This document shows, one piece after another, positions 1 through 10,674 of a DNA stretch of 64,000 nt; position 1 is the first letter of the stretch; every line of letters begins with the position of its first letter. The stretch lies in the IMG/VR virus record IMGVR_UViG_3300043464_002149, one strand, 5' to 3'. The position numbers were made by a program, and so were the translations under genes. Under the pieces are notes generated by a model that saw nothing but the letters and a program-made list of their open reading frames with translations, was not told the origin of the DNA and did not search any database. This DNA is from a virus (Duplodnaviria; Caudoviricetes).

Positions 1-1403
1 ACACCGTTTGATCCGCCGTTACATGTTACGTTTGTTGTTGCGGATGCAGATACCGATATTGTTACATTCGTTATGTCAATATAAATTACTTGGCTATGCG
101 TCAAGCCGCCGGCATCCATACTACTAACTTTTATTATGTAAATGCTTTTTGTTTCATAATTAAAAACTGCTTTAGATTTTAAAGATGTGCCAGTAATAAT
201 AAAACTGTTATTATCTGGATATGTTGATGTATCAACTAGTGAATATGTAAAAGTATCTCCAGCATCAGGGTCATCCGATGATAACGTCCCAATTGTTGTA
301 CCTGTTGGCACATTTTCAGAAATTGAAGCCGAAGACAAATATATGTATGTTGGCGATTCATTAACATTTGCAATAGGTACTGTTACCAAACCATCATATG
401 TTAAACCACCAGAATCTGTTGTTCTTACATTTATTGTATAATAATTTTTTTCTTCGTAATTGAAAATTTCTTTTGATGTTAGTGTTCCTTCAGAAGTTAA
501 ATTAAATTTATTATTATCTGGATATGAAAAACTATTAATTAATTGATATGTAAAAGTATCACCACTATCAGTATCTAATGTTGATAAAGTACCAACTGTT
601 GTTCCTGTTGGACTATTCTCTGATATAGATCCATTAAGATTAATACCATATGGTGCTTCATTTACACTAGTAATATAAATTGTAAAAGTTTTATCATAAA
701 ATAACCCACCTTGATCTGTTGATCTAATTGAAATTGTATATGATGATCTAGCTTCATAATTAAATGATTGTGATGCTCTTAATGAATCATCAGAAATATT
801 AAATGAAGACCAATCTAAAGTTTGATTAATAGCATATGTGTGCGTATCACCAAATGTGTCAGAAGTAGTTAATGTACCAATAATCGTGTTTATTGAATTA
901 TTTTCATTAATGGTATCATTACTTAAATAAATATCTTGTGGCGCCGTGTTTGTTGGTGTCGGGGTTGGTGTTGGGGTCGATGTTGGTGTAGGTGTGGCTA
1001 AAATCACATCAATATCAAATGTACACGTTGGTGTAGGTGTAGCCGTTGGGGTGGGTGTTATTGTAGGTGTCGGAGTGCTAGTCGCTGTTGGCGTTGATGT
1101 AGCTGTTGGTGTAGACGTTGCTGTTGGTGTAGATGTTACCGTAGGTGTTGGGGTTGGTATTGGTAAAATATGTGTATCTGAAATTGAACAAGCAAGATCA
1201 GTATTGTATAATATTATTGTTGTAGCTTCGTTTGGTACCAATACAGAAACACCCTCTATTAATTCACTATATGTTAAACCTGTTGCTGGTAGTGAACTTG
1301 AATACAAATCAGCATAGTTACTAGGATTTACTGAATCATAGTAAACATTATATGGTCCTGGGGCGGTTCCTGATGTTATTGTTACATTAAACTGTCTAGC
1401 CAT
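1..1403 (-). CDS. Adhesin/tail-fibre protein, truncated by the window edge: Thr-Pro linker, three cadherin-like repeats, start of an SprB-like repeat
   Basis: Absent from the ORF track because its stop lies outside the window. Hand translation from ATG at 1403 gives MARQFNVTITSGTAPGPYNVYY..., then a TP tract with one [10 protein letters not shown]. Three repeats follow, of the form I-x-EN-x-x-x-x-T-x-[IV]GTL...F[ND]YE-x-x-x-x-Y-x-I-x-[IV]-x-x-x-D-x-GG. It ends ...ATTNVTCNGGSNG at the edge. Confidence 0.85.
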   Translation of the reverse strand, partial: MARQFNVTITSGTAPGPYNVYYDSVNPSNYADLYSSSLPATGLTYSELIEGVSVLVPNEATTIILYNTDLACSISDTHILPIPTPTPTVTSTPTATSTPTATSTPTATSTPTPTITPTPTATPTPTCTFDIDVILATPTPTSTPTPTPTPTNTAPQDIYLSNDTINENNSINTIIGTLTTSDTFGDTHTYAINQTLDWSSFNISDDSLRASQSFNYEARSSYTISIRSTDQGGLFYDKTFTIYITSVNEAPYGINLNGSISENSPTGTTVGTLSTLDTDSGDTFTYQLINSFSYPDNNKFNLTSEGTLTSKEIFNYEEKNYYTINVRTTDSGGLTYDGLVTVPIANVNESPTYIYLSSASISENVPTGTTIGTLSSDDPDAGDTFTYSLVDTSTYPDNNSFIITGTSLKSKAVFNYETKSIYIIKVSSMDAGGLTHSQVIYIDITNVTISVSASATTNVTCNGGSNG

Positions 1404-1417
1404 TACCTATATAATTA

Positions 1418-4400
1418 TTAATTTTGTACATTACAAAGAGATAAATTGTATCCCAAAGTATTCAAAGCGTTTATTATTGTGTCAGCATAATATTGTGCTG
1501 TAGATCCTGCTGTTACATCTGACACCCATGTTACCTCATTCTTATCTGATAAACCATTTGTTCCGCTATATGCGTTTGTTCCGTTTTTAACCGCTTGGAT
1601 AAATTGTCTAAACCCATCATAACTATTTGGACCAGTGTTTACTCTGAATATAATACCTCTATAATAATTACTATTTGGAACATTATCTAGTGTATTTCTA
1701 AATGCTGATATATCGGTACTATATTGACCTGCTCTTACGCTAGTATTAAAGGAACTACCATCTGCATTATATGGTGAAGATTCATCTTGGAATACCAAGT
1801 TTATAACTTTAGTTGTTGTTTGTGTTGTTCCTGTTGTATTCATCACATAGAACGTTCTTTCTGTACCTAATGATTTACTTGAGAAATTATTAACAGTTAC
1901 ATTTTGATCATACTTAGCATAATTTCCATTATAGAATTGCACTAAACAATCTCTAAGTATTGTATTTCTCATTGTTTCTAATGGTGACAATGTACTGTTC
2001 ATAGATCCCGAATCATCAAACCAAATGAAAATTTGTGTGTTTTCATCTATTTGAATTGGCGGAACCTCCTCAACTGCTGCATTAAATGAACAATCAGGTG
2101 TTGGTGTTGGTGTAGGAGTATCAGTAGCCGTTGGCGTTGGTGTACTAGTCGCCGTTGGTGTAGGTGTTGGTGTAGACGTTGCTGTAGGTGTTGGTGTAGC
2201 CAATGCTATATCAATGTCAAATGTACACGTAGGTGTTGGCGTCGCTGTTGGGGTCGGTGTTATTGTTGGTGTAGCGGTTGGTGTAGGTGTACTTGTCTCC
2301 GTTGGTGTTGGTGTACTAGTTTCAGTTGGTGTAGGTGTACTAGTTGGTGTTTCAGTTGCAGTCGGGGTTGGTGTTACCGTTGCAGTTGGTGTTGGTGTAA
2401 CCAATGCTATATCAATATCAAATGTACAAGTTGGTGTAGGTGTTTCAGTTGGTGTTGCGGTCTCAGTAGGCGTTGGCGTAGGTGTTTCAGTTACGGTTGG
2501 GGTTGGTGTACTAGTTGGCACTGGTGTAAGTGTTGGTGTCTCAGTTGGGGTTGGCGTAGGTGTTGCTGTTGGTAACACAACATCTATGTCAAATGTACAT
2601 GTCGGCGTTGGTGTACCCGTAGGTGTTGGTGTAGGTATGATTACATCCACATCAACATCAAACGTACACGTTGGTGTAGGTGTTGCTGTTGGTGTTGGTG
2701 TAACGGTTTCTGTTGGGGTTGGTGTTGGTGTAACCGTTTCTGTTGGTGTAGGGGTTGCCGTAGATGTGCCAGTTGGCGTAGGGGTTGGTAACACGACATC
2801 AATATCAAAAGTACAAGTTGGTGTAGGGGTTCCCGTTGGGGTTGGTGTAGGTATAACTACATCAACATCCACATCAAACGTACATGTTGGTGTAGGCGTA
2901 CCTGTCGGGGTTGGGGTTGGTATGATTATATCTACGTCCACATCAAATGTACAAGTTGGGGTTGGTGTTCCCGTCGGGGTTGGGGTTGGTATGATTATAT
3001 CTACGTCCACATCAAATGTACAAGTTGGGGTTGGTGTTCCCGTTGGCGTAGGTGTTGCCAACATAATGTCAATATCAAACGTACATGTTGGTGTCGGAGT
3101 GCCTGTAGGTGTTGGTGTAGGAATAATAATATCAACATCCACATCGAAAGTACATGTAGGTGTCGGTGTTCCCGTTGGTGTTGGTGTAGGAATAATTATA
3201 TCCACATCTACATCAAAAGTGCAAGTAGGTGTTGGTGTTCCTGTTGGTGTTGGGGTTGGTAATATAACGTCAATATCAAACGTACACGTTGGGGTTGGTG
3301 TTACAGTAGTTGTAGGTGTAGGTGTCGGTGTCGGCGTTGGAGTGACTGTTGGCGTCGGTGTAGCTGTCGATGTTGCAGTTGGTGTTGCTGTAGGTGTCGA
3401 AGTAGCTGTGGCAGTCGGTGTCGGGGTTGGGGTTACAGTCGGTGTTGGTGTTGGAACAAATATTGGATAACTGTCTCCACATGAAACCGCCGGTGTAATC
3501 ACACCACATTCTGTTGTATAATTTCTAATAGGATCTTCAACTGGTGATGTACAACATATTTGATCAGTATAGAATTGACTTATATTTTCATTTAATCTAT
3601 TAAATTTATCATAGGTATGTTGTGCTAATATTTGTGCACTATCATTACCATTAAAAATAATTAAGTTCTGTGGTTGTGTTCCATTAACATTTATATTGTA
3701 ATATAAATTATTTTCACAGTAATCTAAATTAACAGCAACAACCTCTAATAATTCACCTTTTTCGGTAATTAAAAAATCACCAGTATCGTAATAATCAGAA
3801 GGATAATAACAACAAGGCTCTTCTTTACTCTCCGGTTTTAATTGTAAAAATTCTGGAGATCTAGAATCAAAGAAATAACCATCTCTTTTTGTTACTCTAT
3901 ATTGTGTTTCATCAACTTCTTTATTTGTGTAAACTCTTAATTTTGTTGTCGGTAAAACTTCAATAACAACTTGAGCACCATTTACTGTCATAGCAGTAAT
4001 TGTACTTTTTTTAACCGACCCTAAACAATCAATATCGTTTATTGTGTATGTTGAATAATCATAAGAAAATGAATAATCATTATTTTCATTTGCATATTCA
4101 AATATACTTGATGGGAATGTTGAACAGCTTAAGTATGTTGCTCCTAATACAATATTTCCGTTAACTAAGTCTTTTACGTTCTTTCTAACTAAAGTCCCAG
4201 CGGATATATAATTTGTAATATCTGCAGGTGTTGTTGAACCGTTGATTGTAGCACCGCTAACAACTAAAACTTTAGTATTGTGTTTTAAACCATAATTAAA
4301 ACTATTTCTATATTGTACTTTTGGTACTAATGTATATCCAGTATTAACAATTAATGGATAATCTGGATTTTCAGTTGGATATTCAACATATCTAAGTGAG

Positions 4401-7400
4401 AGTCCTTCTATTTTTACTTTTTTATCACAGTTAGCTGCATCGGTAAAAACTAAATCAATAACATCATCTTCTCTTACGTTAGTTAATCTAAACTTACAGT
4501 TCTCATTAAGAACTAGTGAAAGATTTACATCAGGATATATTGAACTATAACCACTATAAATGTTATTACCAGGTGTACAATTTCTTTGTACATAAATTCC
4601 CCAACCATTATCATTTCCAGATTGTACTGTTGCACCAGTAACGGTAATGATAATATCTGAAATAACTTTACAAGTCGGATAACCACTATATGTGTGACAA
4701 ATCGTTTCAAACTGTAAATCTAAATCACATTTTGGTTCTGTATATTTGTAATCAACATCAAAATAGAAATCTAAATTATCTTTAACTAAACATTCACCAG
4801 AAGAATTTGTGTGTGCAATAAATTTAACTTTCTCAATACCATCACTATCTGTGAAAAATTCATGAGATATTAATTGTGTATATCCACTAGTGATTGCTGT
4901 TGTTGGAACATAAGTTGGTGTATTAAAAGCACTACTTTGTGTTTCTGTTTGATTAATTTGGTTAACTAATGAAGTTATTGCGCTCTTCCAAGAGGTTTTG
5001 ATTGTCGTTAAATCTAAATTAATCCAGTTTTTATATTCACATACAAGTGGTATCTTACTTGATGAGGATGTTAAAGTTGTACAACTTTCATTTACTGTGA
5101 ATCCTGTACCAAATAGTGTACTACCAGTTAAATTAACTTTAGTTGTTCCACTATAATCAGCACCATCAATATCAATGTGTAGCGTAAATGTCACACCACT
5201 AAATTCTATTAAACCTCTTAAGTTATCTGGATCACCAAGTATGGTTTCAAGATCTTCTTCAATAACTGTTTCAAAATTAGGATATAGATTTTCAACAACT
5301 TCTAATGGTTTACATGGTTTTCTATATGAAAACTTAGGTCTACCAAAAATATTATTCTCTATTAAATTTCCACCCATCCATAAGGTTGTCGATGGAATTA
5401 TTTGTTCCAACACACTAGACCAATATGGACTCATCTGATTAACGAAATCAGATGTTGAAATCATATCATATGTTGTGTATCCAGAAGCTGTTAATTGATT
5501 TAAATAATCTTGATATACATCTTCTAGTGTGATATAATTTTTCTTATACTTTACTAAATTTGAATTAGTGATTTGATTAGAAAAAGTATTTTGTAGATAT
5601 TCTGCAAACGTAAAACCAGTTTGTGGCTCAAGGCTATTAGTACCAAAAGTAACTTCTAATTCTCTGGATTTTCTCCAAATATCATAGTTAATAGCATTAG
5701 CCGCCGAAACAAATACGTTTATGTTTTTTCTGTTAAGAATTAAATTAGATAAATTTTCATCTTCTAATATTTGACCCTGTACATTATCTATTTCACTATT
5801 AATTGTGAAACCATAATCCAAACCAGAAAGTGTTCTATAAACATCAAAATAATCCTCACCATATGAATATGGTTTTGATTTTGTTAATAATGTTTTTGTT
5901 CTACCTGTTATAACTGATGATTCTGTATCTAAGATATCAGAAGATCTATGATCTAATGATACATTTGACCAACCAGATCCCATTTGGAAAAATATATTTT
6001 CCTGATTAGTCGTTGGGGATTTTGGTAATAAAGAAATATCGTTTACAGGATAATCACTTATCTGGTTATTTGTTGTTAAACCAGTTAATGATGATAATGT
6101 GTATGTGTATGTGCTACTATTAAAAGTTACACTATTACTTACTTGAATATTATTTAAGGTGTTTGTAATATCATCTAATGTAGATGATGGTAACGCACTA
6201 TTAACTTTATAAACAAATTCATCAATTTTAACCATCGGTTCCGGAGCACCGATGAACTTTAAGAAAAATTCAATACTGCTTCTGGTTCCTTTTGATTTAT
6301 ATATAAAAGCTAAGTTAACTAAAAGTCTTCTATAGAATTCTAATTCAGCATCAACTAAATTCTTACCAATGGATTGACCATCATATGTCACAGAAGATGC
6401 ATTATAAATTTGTTCTTCTAGTGATTTTTGATCAAATAAATTAATTGTGTTTAAACCAAGAGTGTTTGCTAGATTTTTAAGAAAAACATCTGGGATGTTA
6501 TCTATTGAATCATACGTAACATTTCTCATGTACGCAATATTATCAATATATGATTTTACTTTATCAAAGCTTTGACCATATAGTTGGAATATTTTGTCTA
6601 TTTTTTGATCTTCAGTATCGAATTCAAATAACTGTGGTGCAACTAAAAATCTTGTTACTAAATTAGATTTATAATTGTCAATCTCTGTCGCTAAGTCATT
6701 TAATCGAGTAAGATATTCATCAAACTTTAATCCGGTAATTTGTATATTGTATCCATCAGATGATGTAGGCCAATTTACTAATACTGAAACTAGTTCTGTT
6801 TTTGATTCATCTAGACTTGTTTTTGGTACAGTAAATCCTGCTTGGTATATCGGATATGTATCTCTATTTAATAACGTTTGTTCAAGATCATCTAAACCTA
6901 AGTAAAACTCTTCAACAACACTATCATTAGGTCTTAAAATAAAACTATCTGAATATGTTGAACCGGTAAAAGGTTTTCCGGTAACAGATAGTGTAACTTG
7001 ATTAAAACTATCAGGTTTTATGTAATTGCTTACATTATAGTTTTTACCATCAACAATTATGATATATTTCTTATATGAAGAAAATAGGTTTCTAATTTTA
7101 TTTTCAGAATTTATTGCTTCATTTGCTGTAGGCTGTATTAAAGCAATATCAAATGGATTAAAAAATCTACCAATTTGTACTGTAAATGATGTTCTATTTG
7201 TTGTAGGGTTGTATGTGATATTTTCTGCGGTATTATCAGTTACAACTGAAAGCGCGTCTTTATCAATTAAAATACCACCCGGGAAATTTTTGATTATTCG
7301 AGCAATAGAAACTCTAATTCTTTCTCTTAAAGAACCAAATAAAGATTTAGATGCATCTTTTTTGTTTGTATTAAATCTTACCGGTCGTTTCTTACCATCA

Positions 7401-7636
7401 GATTGTACAACTGTTGTAGGTACATCCTCTTCTATTTTAAGATTTTCAAGAGTTATAAAGTCTGAAAATGGCGCAGTTTGGAATTTTTTAGAGTCTTTCT
7501 CTGGCACAACCCTATCTAACGCAAAGTTCGTATTAGTCAATTGACTAGTACCGTCAGTAATTTGTCTTCCAACAATACTGTCGCTAAACGTCTCAAAACC
7601 ACTAGCTGCTTGACTCGGAACTTTTCTTTTTGCCAT
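1418..7636 (-). CDS. Giant virion structural protein (2072 aa): long Thr-Pro region with CTFD repeats and a C-terminal vWA-like domain
   Basis: ORF track. About 450 aa of PT linker; C-terminal [11 protein letters not shown] matches the vWA MIDAS DxSxS motif; lies in the baseplate-distal gene cluster. Confidence 0.8.
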   Translation of the reverse strand: MAKRKVPSQAASGFETFSDSIVGRQITDGTSQLTNTNFALDRVVPEKDSKKFQTAPFSDFITLENLKIEEDVPTTVVQSDGKKRPVRFNTNKKDASKSLFGSLRERIRVSIARIIKNFPGGILIDKDALSVVTDNTAENITYNPTTNRTSFTVQIGRFFNPFDIALIQPTANEAINSENKIRNLFSSYKKYIIIVDGKNYNVSNYIKPDSFNQVTLSVTGKPFTGSTYSDSFILRPNDSVVEEFYLGLDDLEQTLLNRDTYPIYQAGFTVPKTSLDESKTELVSVLVNWPTSSDGYNIQITGLKFDEYLTRLNDLATEIDNYKSNLVTRFLVAPQLFEFDTEDQKIDKIFQLYGQSFDKVKSYIDNIAYMRNVTYDSIDNIPDVFLKNLANTLGLNTINLFDQKSLEEQIYNASSVTYDGQSIGKNLVDAELEFYRRLLVNLAFIYKSKGTRSSIEFFLKFIGAPEPMVKIDEFVYKVNSALPSSTLDDITNTLNNIQVSNSVTFNSSTYTYTLSSLTGLTTNNQISDYPVNDISLLPKSPTTNQENIFFQMGSGWSNVSLDHRSSDILDTESSVITGRTKTLLTKSKPYSYGEDYFDVYRTLSGLDYGFTINSEIDNVQGQILEDENLSNLILNRKNINVFVSAANAINYDIWRKSRELEVTFGTNSLEPQTGFTFAEYLQNTFSNQITNSNLVKYKKNYITLEDVYQDYLNQLTASGYTTYDMISTSDFVNQMSPYWSSVLEQIIPSTTLWMGGNLIENNIFGRPKFSYRKPCKPLEVVENLYPNFETVIEEDLETILGDPDNLRGLIEFSGVTFTLHIDIDGADYSGTTKVNLTGSTLFGTGFTVNESCTTLTSSSSKIPLVCEYKNWINLDLTTIKTSWKSAITSLVNQINQTETQSSAFNTPTYVPTTAITSGYTQLISHEFFTDSDGIEKVKFIAHTNSSGECLVKDNLDFYFDVDYKYTEPKCDLDLQFETICHTYSGYPTCKVISDIIITVTGATVQSGNDNGWGIYVQRNCTPGNNIYSGYSSIYPDVNLSLVLNENCKFRLTNVREDDVIDLVFTDAANCDKKVKIEGLSLRYVEYPTENPDYPLIVNTGYTLVPKVQYRNSFNYGLKHNTKVLVVSGATINGSTTPADITNYISAGTLVRKNVKDLVNGNIVLGATYLSCSTFPSSIFEYANENNDYSFSYDYSTYTINDIDCLGSVKKSTITAMTVNGAQVVIEVLPTTKLRVYTNKEVDETQYRVTKRDGYFFDSRSPEFLQLKPESKEEPCCYYPSDYYDTGDFLITEKGELLEVVAVNLDYCENNLYYNINVNGTQPQNLIIFNGNDSAQILAQHTYDKFNRLNENISQFYTDQICCTSPVEDPIRNYTTECGVITPAVSCGDSYPIFVPTPTPTVTPTPTPTATATSTPTATPTATSTATPTPTVTPTPTPTPTPTTTVTPTPTCTFDIDVILPTPTPTGTPTPTCTFDVDVDIIIPTPTPTGTPTPTCTFDVDVDIIIPTPTPTGTPTPTCTFDIDIMLATPTPTGTPTPTCTFDVDVDIIIPTPTPTGTPTPTCTFDVDVDIIIPTPTPTGTPTPTCTFDVDVDVVIPTPTPTGTPTPTCTFDIDVVLPTPTPTGTSTATPTPTETVTPTPTPTETVTPTPTATPTPTCTFDVDVDVIIPTPTPTGTPTPTCTFDIDVVLPTATPTPTPTETPTLTPVPTSTPTPTVTETPTPTPTETATPTETPTPTCTFDIDIALVTPTPTATVTPTPTATETPTSTPTPTETSTPTPTETSTPTPTATPTITPTPTATPTPTCTFDIDIALATPTPTATSTPTPTPTATSTPTPTATDTPTPTPTPDCSFNAAVEEVPPIQIDENTQIFIWFDDSGSMNSTLSPLETMRNTILRDCLVQFYNGNYAKYDQNVTVNNFSSKSLGTERTFYVMNTTGTTQTTTKVINLVFQDESSPYNADGSSFNTSVRAGQYSTDISAFRNTLDNVPNSNYYRGIIFRVNTGPNSYDGFRQFIQAVKNGTNAYSGTNGLSDKNEVTWVSDVTAGSTAQYYADTIINALNTLGYNLSLCNVQN
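2095..3465 (-). repeat. Coding Thr-Pro tandem repeat with 12 CTFD[IV]D[IV] units
   Basis: Visible in the translation. Includes a perfect 2 x 69-bp duplication at 2904..3041. Confidence 0.95.
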
Positions 7637-8553
7637 TATTCTGTAATATCGTCAAAGTTTAACGTTTGGTCTATATCAGTCCTACCTTCACGAATTTCAT
7701 ATAACGTCTCATTAAATTCGTCTTTAACTTCATATAGGTTAAACTGTTTATAAATGTTATTAGCGCCATCATAAATGGTATAGATACCTGAAGATACCGC
7801 CTTACTTTGATTACCATAAAGGGCAAGAGCAAGTGTTGAAGCATCATGTTCAACCATTTCAACCTCAATAGTCGTTGGATTAAAGTAACTGTTTGTTAAA
7901 ATAATCTTTTGTAAAGGTTGACCAATAAAAGGAACCGTATTAGGTTTATTAGTTGGCGCAGAGGATGGGGTAACAGTTAAGAACATCAAATTCGTAGGCG
8001 AATCTGAATATCTATATCTAACAGATTTTTGTGTAGTATTTGTTAAATTTGTTGTTATTGGTTCACAATAAAAAGAAGATGTCACTATTTTATAAAAATT
8101 AGGTACTTTCTTATTATCGCTAACACTTATATATTCAACTCTATATCCAACTAATCCCTGAGGAATAAATTTTGATCTATCTTCTGTAGTAAGATTACCT
8201 AAATCAATAACAATCCCTCTAACAGACGGTAAAGAAGCAAGAACACCACAATCTGTGATTGATGTTCTAATTTGTTTTGGTCTTATATGTAATGTGTATA
8301 TTCCAATTTCAGAGAAAGCTGAACTTTCTAATCTCAAATTATACATACCACCCAAAACTTCCACATTTGGTGCGTTTGTGTCATCTGTAGTGCTTGAATT
8401 ATGATACAAGGGTGATAATATAGTAGCCGAATCCAACTTTGATATCGTTGAATCGGTTGTCGCCCCTCTATCAGCAGCATAATGAAGTAGTATTTCTACA
8501 TCCTCTGGTGACACATCTGCTGGTCTTATTGTTCCGTAACTTCCTACTGCCAT
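7636..8553 (-). CDS. Conserved hypothetical virion structural protein
   Basis: 305-aa ORF. TATTTAT box at 8566..8572 upstream; 1-nt overlap with the downstream gene. Confidence 0.7.
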   Translation of the reverse strand: MAVGSYGTIRPADVSPEDVEILLHYAADRGATTDSTISKLDSATILSPLYHNSSTTDDTNAPNVEVLGGMYNLRLESSAFSEIGIYTLHIRPKQIRTSITDCGVLASLPSVRGIVIDLGNLTTEDRSKFIPQGLVGYRVEYISVSDNKKVPNFYKIVTSSFYCEPITTNLTNTTQKSVRYRYSDSPTNLMFLTVTPSSAPTNKPNTVPFIGQPLQKIILTNSYFNPTTIEVEMVEHDASTLALALYGNQSKAVSSGIYTIYDGANNIYKQFNLYEVKDEFNETLYEIREGRTDIDQTLNFDDITE

Positions 8554-8577
8554 AGTATTTTATTAATAAATATAATT

Positions 8578-9837
8578 TTATTGTTTTTTTACTACGAAAA
8601 AACCATTTCCGTAGATATCTAATTCACCTAAATTATCAATTTCACCTAATCTTAAATTAAATTCTGAAACACCCATCTTACCTCTTTCAACAAATATGTC
8701 AGAATAAACTTGTGGTTCAGAAACAAAACCTAAAAAATGTTCGTTTCTGGTTAACATTTTATTTGTCACATATTCTACCGCAAAGTCAGTACTTGAGTTA
8801 TATGATGTAAATCCGGTTGTTCCGTTTATAATATGATTTGGGACTTTTCCAGTGATATAAGTGACACCGTCAGAACAATCATAATAATCTAAACCATCAA
8901 CAGTATATTTTGAACAAGTTAATGTGGTGCCGGGTAATGACGTGGATGTTACCCCACTATATGTGTTACCACCATATAATTTTTTTTCTATTATTCTACT
9001 TTTACCTGCGGCAACAAATGTGAGAGATGATGGTGTTTTTGTTGATCCTGATAGAGCCACCCCATAATCTGTGTATGGGAATGTAAACGATAATGTACCC
9101 AAACTAGTCGGTGTACCAATTACTAAAGGTAATTTTATTGTTCTAGAAAGTGTTTGTACTGTCCACGGACTATTCATTGTAATTGAAATAGTTTTATTTC
9201 CAGCTGTTGAATATGTTTTTGTAACATTACCAAGTATCGTAATTGAAGAAGTTGTACTATCTCCCCAGTTAATCTGAAAAGTAGCGTCAACAACTCTTTT
9301 TAATGTATTTGTATTCGTTGTATTATAAACTGTAATTGTATTTCCACTAGCTTTATATGTGAAATTACAAAGTTGTTCTACTTGATCTATTTCACCATCA
9401 AACCCAACCATTACACCTAATTCATCAGATTTGGCATTTAATGTTATAGGTATTTCATAATCTGGGTATGCTGCAGATTTATTTTTTCCTATGTTTACCC
9501 ATAAAGTTCCATTCCATCTGTAATAATAACCTTTATCTACCCAAGTAACAGCTTCAGGTTGTTCAACCCAAAATGTTGGTTGTGCTGATGGTATTTTATT
9601 TAAATTTGCTGCTACTAGTGATTTATAAATTTTTCCGTTATAATAAATGGTGTCGCCGGCATCGTATGTAATATCACTATACCATTTAACATCCATTACT
9701 GTCGTTCCACTAGTAGGTGCTGTTGTTGCGGACCAAGGAACTAATTCTAAATTACGATCATACCAATATTGACCCGCATTGTATAAAACAACCGATAATA
9801 TATTTTTTTGTAATATTTCGTATTTATATTTTTTCAT
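8578..9837 (-). CDS. Structural protein with a CBM5/12-like carbohydrate-binding module and a PKD-like domain
   Basis: WYSDITYDAGDTIYYNGKIYKS...PTFW resembles the CBM12/ChtBD3 pattern. FQINWGDS...TKTYSTAGNKTISIT resembles the PKD WxFGDG...HxYxxxG pattern. Confidence 0.65.
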   Translation of the reverse strand: MKKYKYEILQKNILSVVLYNAGQYWYDRNLELVPWSATTAPTSGTTVMDVKWYSDITYDAGDTIYYNGKIYKSLVAANLNKIPSAQPTFWVEQPEAVTWVDKGYYYRWNGTLWVNIGKNKSAAYPDYEIPITLNAKSDELGVMVGFDGEIDQVEQLCNFTYKASGNTITVYNTTNTNTLKRVVDATFQINWGDSTTSSITILGNVTKTYSTAGNKTISITMNSPWTVQTLSRTIKLPLVIGTPTSLGTLSFTFPYTDYGVALSGSTKTPSSLTFVAAGKSRIIEKKLYGGNTYSGVTSTSLPGTTLTCSKYTVDGLDYYDCSDGVTYITGKVPNHIINGTTGFTSYNSSTDFAVEYVTNKMLTRNEHFLGFVSEPQVYSDIFVERGKMGVSEFNLRLGEIDNLGELDIYGNGFFVVKKQ

Positions 9838-9839
9838 TT

Positions 9840-10673
9840 TTATAATTTAAATGCAGTACCATCTACTAGATCACAATCTGTGTTAATTCCTCTGTTTATT
9901 TTATAACTATGATCAGTTCTTCTGAATGTAACCTGAAAATAAAAATCATTAACATCATCAACTGTGTCACTAAAATTCATTTCATAAAACTTAATTGGAT
10001 TAGCTTTCGTACCCACTCTTTCCCCGTTAACCAAACCAGAATTATCAATTGTTAGATCTTTATTTAAAAATCTTGTTGTGGTTCCATCTTCAGCATTAAA
10101 AAATCTAGCAGTCATAAAAAATGTCAAACCACTAAAAACTGTGTTGTCACCAAACCAAAACAAATACATGTTTTCGGTGTTTTTGTAATTATTACCATTA
10201 AAAACAGGTATTTTAATTCTATCTCTTAAGTTGACATCAAAAACTGTTTGACCTAATGGAATTGATAAATTCTTAGCAAACACTAATTTTTGTGTTTCTC
10301 TTTCTCTAGTTGTATAGAATTCTAATCTAAAAAAACTATTAACGGCCTGTTTTAATAGTTTAGCATTCTCTCTTGGACTTATTCCTATTAAATCATAATC
10401 TAAACCATTATCATAATCTCTTGGGGATTGGTTATTTAAAAAATAAAAATAATACCAAATATCACATTGAGTATCAAAAGCATTAGCTGTTAATCCGCTA
10501 TATGGTTCATGAATATACCTTATCGTTTCATAGTTTTCAACTGGGTTAATGATAGATCTTAAAACATCCTCTTGATATTCTAAAAAATTTTCTTCCCAAC
10601 CAGCATTAGTTCTAAAATCCGTTTCTGGATTAAAAATTAACGATTTATCAGTATTATTAAATAATATATTCAT
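9840..10673 (-). CDS. Hypothetical protein (structural cluster)
   Basis: 277-aa ORF tightly packed between neighbouring genes. Confidence 0.65.
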   Translation of the reverse strand: MNILFNNTDKSLIFNPETDFRTNAGWEENFLEYQEDVLRSIINPVENYETIRYIHEPYSGLTANAFDTQCDIWYYFYFLNNQSPRDYDNGLDYDLIGISPRENAKLLKQAVNSFFRLEFYTTRERETQKLVFAKNLSIPLGQTVFDVNLRDRIKIPVFNGNNYKNTENMYLFWFGDNTVFSGLTFFMTARFFNAEDGTTTRFLNKDLTIDNSGLVNGERVGTKANPIKFYEMNFSDTVDDVNDFYFQVTFRRTDHSYKINRGINTDCDLVDGTAFKL

Positions 10674-10674
10674 T

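Noticed and set aside
946-3470. Plus-strand Val-Gly-rich ORFs (946..1317, 2214..3470; likewise 58105..58377, 58924..59142, 59547..59792)
   Set aside because: They are antisense shadows of Thr-Pro codon repeats (ACA-CCA reads as GGT-GT on the other strand) and have no independent leader or signals.
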